Below, in pieces: positions 40,772-44,398 of a DNA stretch of 44,398 bases. Numbering within the stretch: the first letter of the stretch is position 1; each line of letters begins with the position of its first letter. The position numbers and the translations under genes are program-made. Under the pieces are notes generated by a model, which did no database searches, was not told the DNA's origin, and worked only from the letters and a program-made list of their open reading frames with translations. This stretch comes from a virus: the IMG/VR virus record IMGVR_UViG_3300045988_090220, positions 1 through 44,398 of that record; one strand, 5' to 3'.

Positions 40772-40800
40772 AGTATAACCCCATAATTGGGATTTGTCAA
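40772..40800 (-). promoter_or_regulatory. Leftward early (lytic) promoter
   Basis: Minus strand TTGACA-17 nt-TATACT. It faces the rightward promoter, so the predicted transcripts overlap by about 100 nt. Confidence 0.55.
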
Positions 40801-40844
40801 TATCTTTTTTGGGATTATTGGGAAAACTATTGGAGGGATATGTT

Positions 40845-41243
40845 ATGACTATTTTCATGGAGAGACTTCAAAAATTGATGGACGAACGCGACCTCACTGA
40901 TAAAGATTTAAGAGAACAGTGCGGTGGTATTAGTAAAAACAATATTACAAACTGGCGTAAAGGGACAAAACCGCAAGTAGCAATCGTCCATCAACTCGCC
41001 GATTTTTTCGGTGTATCGAGCAATTATTTGTTAGGTATTGATGATATGAAACAGCGAATATTAGATATACTCGACCAACCCACCCCTTCTTCTGCTCCAA
41101 CACAATCACAATTAGACACGCTGGTTAAGTATTTCTCTCTGTGCAACGAAGAAGGACGGTTCCGCATCATACAGCTTGCCATGAACGAATACGACCGAGC
41201 GGCAAAAGGAAAAACAGACTTGTCTAAAGAGTCTGCTGTCTAA
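40845..41243 (+). CDS. CI-like XRE-family repressor
   Basis: Start MTIFMERLQKLM (40845) after GGAGGG. HTH is LREQCGGISKNNITNWRKG...VHQLADFFGVSSNYLLG. Sits upstream of the integrase on the same strand. Confidence 0.75.
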   Translation: MTIFMERLQKLMDERDLTDKDLREQCGGISKNNITNWRKGTKPQVAIVHQLADFFGVSSNYLLGIDDMKQRILDILDQPTPSSAPTQSQLDTLVKYFSLCNEEGRFRIIQLAMNEYDRAAKGKTDLSKESAV

Positions 41244-41279
41244 GAAATTGATAGACTTGTCTGAGGTGAGAAAGCTACT

Positions 41280-42932
41280 ATGAAAACGAAGAAACTGCCT
41301 ATCGACCTATCTATGCTTACCGTAGAGGAACAGCAACAGTTTGTTGATGACCCCACCACACTGGTGAGAGGTAACATCAATGTGACGCTCTATCTGCGGT
41401 TCAGTTCTGATCGGCAATCTGAGCAATCCATTGAAGGGCAACTTCGAGACTGTATTGCATATTGTAAACGGAAAGAATACCGCATTACCGCCATCTACAT
41501 TGACCGCGCAACGACCGCTCGAAAGGATATTGAGAAGCGTGTTCAGTTTCAGCAGATGATTTCCGACAGCAAACATGGTCTATGGGAATTGGTCATCGTA
41601 TGGAAACTCGACCGATTTGCCAGAAATAGAGAAGACAGCGCCGTATTTAAAATGCGGCTGCGGAAGAATGGTGTTCGGGTGGAATCTGCAACGGAAGCGA
41701 TTTCCAACACCCCGGAAGGTATCATCTTAGAGTCCGTGCTTGAAGGAATTGCCGAATATTATTCCGCAGACCTCAGCCAGAAAATTACCCGGGGCATGAG
41801 AGAGTCCGCCTTAAAAGGTCACTCCATCGGTGGTCATGTTCCCTTGGGGTATAAAATCGAGAATCATAGACTTATCATCAACTCCGCAACTGCCCTGATA
41901 GTACAGGAGGCATTTGAGCGCTACGCCAACGGAGAAAGTATTGCCGACATTTGCCGACTGTTTAATCTGAAAGGCTATCGTACCGCCAAAGGAGCCGAGT
42001 TTAACCGTAGTTCTTTCAAAGCCATGTTCCGAAACACTCGTTATATTGGAACCTACACTTACAAAGAAATCACTATGGAAAATACCATTCCGGCCATTAT
42101 CGACAAAGAACTATTCGACACGGTGCAGAAACGGCTTTCTAAGGTCGCAGAAGCCCCAGCAAGGGGTAAAGCTAAGGTAGATTACCTCTTGTCTGGAAAG
42201 CTGTTCTGCGGTCATTGTGGGGCGTCTATGAACGGTGAAAGTGGCACCAGTAAGACAGGAGCCGTTCATAATTATTATTCTTGTTACAGCCGGAAAAGAA
42301 AACAAGGCTGTGATAAGCGACCTATAAGGAAAGAATGGATTGAAACCATCGTCGCGCAGGACGCTTTAAATTTGTTGACCGATGACACTATTGAAGAACT
42401 GGCTGATATGGCATTGTTTCAATCCGAACAAGACATGAAAGAAACCACCCGTATTCCAGCATTAACCGCACAGCAAAAAGAAATCGAACAAAGTATATCT
42501 AACATCACCAAGGCTATCGAAAAGGGTGTAGCTTCTGATACTCTCCTAAATCGACTTACAGATTTAGAGAAAGAGAAAAAAGGTGTCCTAAAACAAATCA
42601 CAGAAGAAAATAAACTGTTCTATCAGATCGACCGAAAGCAAATTACAGGTTGGCTCTATCAATTCAAAAACGGCGATATATCCGATGATAGTTTCAAGCG
42701 GCAGCTCATAGATTTACTGGTAAACTCTGTAACGGTGTGGGACGAACCTGACGGATATAGAATTACTACTGCATATAATCTCACTACTTGTAAAACTAAA
42801 ACTTTTAGAGTGGATAGTAGTGGTCAGGAGTTCGGATTAGAGGGGTTATCGTCCACCATTGGACGCATATCCGAACCCTACGTTGTGTGGGGAACGGTGT
42901 TCGTTCAAACCAAAAGACACTCCTTACCTTAA
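41280..42932 (+). CDS. int: Large serine recombinase (phage integrase)
   Basis: 550 aa. Catalytic YLRFSSDRQ, DRFARN, a recombinase domain, a zinc ribbon (CGHCG...YYSCYSRKRKQGC) and a C-terminal coiled coil. Confidence 0.9.
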   Translation: MKTKKLPIDLSMLTVEEQQQFVDDPTTLVRGNINVTLYLRFSSDRQSEQSIEGQLRDCIAYCKRKEYRITAIYIDRATTARKDIEKRVQFQQMISDSKHGLWELVIVWKLDRFARNREDSAVFKMRLRKNGVRVESATEAISNTPEGIILESVLEGIAEYYSADLSQKITRGMRESALKGHSIGGHVPLGYKIENHRLIINSATALIVQEAFERYANGESIADICRLFNLKGYRTAKGAEFNRSSFKAMFRNTRYIGTYTYKEITMENTIPAIIDKELFDTVQKRLSKVAEAPARGKAKVDYLLSGKLFCGHCGASMNGESGTSKTGAVHNYYSCYSRKRKQGCDKRPIRKEWIETIVAQDALNLLTDDTIEELADMALFQSEQDMKETTRIPALTAQQKEIEQSISNITKAIEKGVASDTLLNRLTDLEKEKKGVLKQITEENKLFYQIDRKQITGWLYQFKNGDISDDSFKRQLIDLLVNSVTVWDEPDGYRITTAYNLTTCKTKTFRVDSSGQEFGLEGLSSTIGRISEPYVVWGTVFVQTKRHSLP

Positions 42933-42953
42933 TCGGTAGGGAGTGCCTTTTTT
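42916..42953. terminator. Bidirectional Rho-independent terminator between the convergent int and endolysin genes
   Basis: GACACTCCTTACC-TTAATC-GGTAGGGAGTGCC followed by TTTTTT on the plus strand. The minus-strand reading ends in CTTTTGG. Confidence 0.7.
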
Positions 42954-42959
42954 ACATTT

Positions 42960-43067
42960 AGGTGATAAAGGTGAGTAATCGGGCGTTTTTCCTATAAACT
43001 CTTTATTATACGCGCATACTAAGAAGAAGTTATAGGGATTTTAACCCGATTACTCACCTAACTCACC
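42960..43067. repeat. Palindromic MITE-like element, copy B (attP candidate region)
   Basis: Same 24-bp arms as copy A (AGGTGATAAAGGTGAGTAATCGGG and CCCGATTACTCACCTAACTCACCT). Inner inverted repeat CCTATAA/GTTATAGG. Centre is TATACGCGCATA. The element abuts the endolysin stop codon. Confidence 0.9.
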
Positions 43068-43874
43068 TTACTGTCCCAGCAGCTTGCCCCACGTCCCCTT
43101 TCCGGCGATACCGTCCGCGCCCAGCCCGTACTTGGTCTGGAACTTCTTCAGCGCCGTCTCCGTGCCGCTGCCGAAGTCGCCGTCCGCACCGGCCGCGCCG
43201 CAGAAAAAGCCGTAGGCGATCAGCGCCGCTTGCAGGGTCTTCACGTCCGCACCCGCCATGCCGCGCTTGAGCATCCGCACCTGCATGGGGATGGTCACAT
43301 CCTGCGCCGCAGGTGCAGGCACCGGCACAGGCACGTTGGCGCTCTCCACAAAGGGTACGCCCAGCGCCGCACACAGCCCCTTGGCAATAGTCTCGCCGAT
43401 CAGGGTGGTATTGTCGATGATCCACTGGGCAACGCTGGGAACATCGTGGAAGTCCACCTCGATATACACCGTCGTAGCGGCAGGGTGCTTCACCTCGTAC
43501 AGCGCGGGATAGGCTCGAATCACGTCCGGCGCACCCGGCGTAATCGGGCCAAGTACATTCATTACGGCCTGACACGCCTTGTACCCTGCGCTGTTCCGGT
43601 CGCCGCTGTAACAGAACAGGTGCGTACCGCTGGCCTTGCCATTGCAGGCGTTGGAATGGATGGGGACGTGCAGGTCAGCCTTGAAGCGGTTGGACGCCGC
43701 CACACGGTTCTGCATGGTGTCGTACTGCCCCAGCATCACCTCCACACCGGAGCGCTCCAGAGCGGCCTTGCAAGCCTCTGCAATGCGCCCGCACTGGATG
43801 GCCTCGGTGGTGCCGCCCACCGCGTAGGTGTTCCTCCGCTGGTCGCTGGGGGACAGATACACCCGCTTAGCCAT
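43068..43874 (-). CDS. Endolysin: N-acetylmuramoyl-L-alanine amidase plus a PG_binding_1 domain
   Basis: Amidase_3-like N-terminal domain (VYLSPSDQ...LHVPIHSNACNGKASGTHLFCYS). C-terminal peptidoglycan-binding repeat (GADVKTLQAALIAYGF...DGDFGSGTETALKKFQTKYGLGADGIAGKGTW). Confidence 0.85.
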   Translation of the reverse strand: MAKRVYLSPSDQRRNTYAVGGTTEAIQCGRIAEACKAALERSGVEVMLGQYDTMQNRVAASNRFKADLHVPIHSNACNGKASGTHLFCYSGDRNSAGYKACQAVMNVLGPITPGAPDVIRAYPALYEVKHPAATTVYIEVDFHDVPSVAQWIIDNTTLIGETIAKGLCAALGVPFVESANVPVPVPAPAAQDVTIPMQVRMLKRGMAGADVKTLQAALIAYGFFCGAAGADGDFGSGTETALKKFQTKYGLGADGIAGKGTWGKLLGQ

Positions 43875-44082
43875 CGTTCTTCGCCTCCTTGTGATACTGC
43901 GCCGTGCTGATGCACAGCACCGCGCCGAGGAACGTATCGATGGCAGTGATAGTAGTCACCACCTCGTCGGCGTAGGGCCACGCCCACACACCCGCCAGCG
44001 CCGCGTACAGCGTGGCCACGGCGGGCATGACGATGATGACCAGCCATTTCAGGATGTCGTATACCTTGTTGTTCAGCTTCAT
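43867..44082 (-). CDS. Holin (Dp-1-type)
   Basis: Start MKLNNKVYDILKWLVIIVMPAVATLYAALAGVWAWPYADEVVTTITAIDTFLGAVL (44082). 8-nt overlap with the endolysin gene. Resembles the Dp-1 holin family pattern as I recall it. Confidence 0.7.
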   Translation of the reverse strand: MKLNNKVYDILKWLVIIVMPAVATLYAALAGVWAWPYADEVVTTITAIDTFLGAVLCISTAQYHKEAKNDG

Positions 44083-44117
44083 AACAAATTCCTTTCCGGC
44101 GCATCTGCGCCTGTCTT

Positions 44118-44192
44118 TTATTCCCCGCTCTTGAGCAGCGCCGCCGCACAAAAGCCGATGCACACGCCGATCATGATGTGTATGATCTCCAT
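44118..44192 (-). CDS. 24-aa hydrophobic peptide
   Basis: Hand-translated MEIIHIMIGVCIGFCAAALLKSGE, with a GGAGAGGTG RBS. Lies between the junction-spanning gene and the holin. Confidence 0.4.
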   Translation of the reverse strand: MEIIHIMIGVCIGFCAAALLKSGE

Positions 44193-44214
44193 TTTCTACA
44201 CCTCTCCGTATGCC

Positions 44215-44398
44215 CTATCGTATGGGCAGCTTCCGCACTTCCTCCATGACGCGCCGCGCGCTGCCGTTGCCGCCCATCTCCTCATACGGCTCGTAGAGGT
44301 ACACCTGTAAATTCTCGTACTCGTCCTGTGTGACGTAGCCCCGCTCGATGTACACCATGCCGAGGTGGATGATGCGGTCGTGGGCCAGCCCCACCAGC
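44215..44398 (-). CDS. 3' part of the junction-spanning 109-aa membrane-anchored protein
   Basis: In-frame continuation of 1-287: ...YEEMGGNGSARRVMEEVRKLPIR, then TAG at 44215-44217. The total is 330 nt when the window is circularised at the 141-nt overlap. Confidence 0.75.
   Translation of the reverse strand, partial: LVGLAHDRIIHLGMVYIERGYVTQDEYENLQVYLYEPYEEMGGNGSARRVMEEVRKLPIR
44258..44398. repeat. Terminal direct repeat copy 2 (identical to 1-141)
   Basis: Base-by-base identity with the window start. Confidence 0.95.

Larger units (their letters stand above)
1..44398. mobile_element. Complete temperate siphovirus-like phage genome, circularly permuted (unit 44,257 bp)
   Basis: Full set of lysogeny, replication, packaging, head, tail and lysis genes. 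The first 141 nt equal the last 141 nt, and a gene reads seamlessly across the junction. Confidence 0.9.

Noticed and set aside
43063-44310. Alternative-frame ORFs 43063-43575 (-), 43230-43910 (+), 43736-44149 (-) and 43828-44310 (+) in the lysis region.
   Set aside because: This is GC-rich DNA that yields long Arg/Gly/Ala-rich spurious frames. The amidase/PG-binding frame and the Dp-1-type holin frame have clear family resemblance and RBSs.

Overview
The window is a complete, circularly permuted genome of a temperate siphovirus-type phage. The unit length is 44,257 bp, and nt 1-141 are identical to nt 44258-44398. GGAGG-type ribosome-binding sites and Clostridia-like protein families point to a Gram-positive host; that host assignment is inference only. 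Almost every gene is on the minus strand. The only plus-strand genes are a cI-like repressor (40845-41243) and a large serine integrase (41280-42932).

Reading the minus strand from high to low coordinates:
- Cro-like early gene and switch region (about 40.6-40.8 kb).
- Replication and recombination module: Hjc-like resolvase, GIY-YIG endonuclease, SF2 helicase, orphan C5 methyltransferase, family-B DNA polymerase, ERF annealase, HNH endonuclease, YqaJ-like exonuclease and a DUF669-like protein.
- Nucleotide-metabolism module: DUF1599-like protein, MazG, HD hydrolase, HAD phosphatase and ThyX.
- SleB-like hydrolase, AEP prim-pol, an orphan MazF-like toxin and a D5/SF3 helicase.
- A run of small Cys-rich proteins, a FolD-like enzyme and a PucR-type HTH protein.
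- terS, then a 4.4 kb AT-richer accessory island with its own consensus promoters, then terL.
- Portal, scaffold, capsid, connectors, tail tube, G/GT chaperone with a GGGAAAC -1 frameshift site, tape measure and tail fibres.
- A lysis cassette that crosses the window junction: a TM protein, a 24-aa TM peptide, a Dp-1-type holin and an amidase endolysin.

Most interesting non-standard signals:
1. The accessory island that splits terS from terL. It carries a resolvase, an HTH protein, a membrane Zn-ribbon/OB-fold protein and five unknown ORFs. It has duplicated promoter-operator modules containing six copies of TCAAGCGTTTTATTG.
2. Two about 109 bp MITE-like palindromic elements with identical 24 bp arms. 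They exactly bracket the late operon, and one sits where attP is expected.
3. A dense array of 13 AAAGTCGY octamers abutting the terS stop codon, which is a pac-site candidate.
4. Face-to-face consensus promoters plus a perfect 19 bp inverted repeat in the lysis-lysogeny switch.
5. A MazF-like toxin with no recognisable antitoxin.

No tRNA, rRNA or CRISPR array was found.
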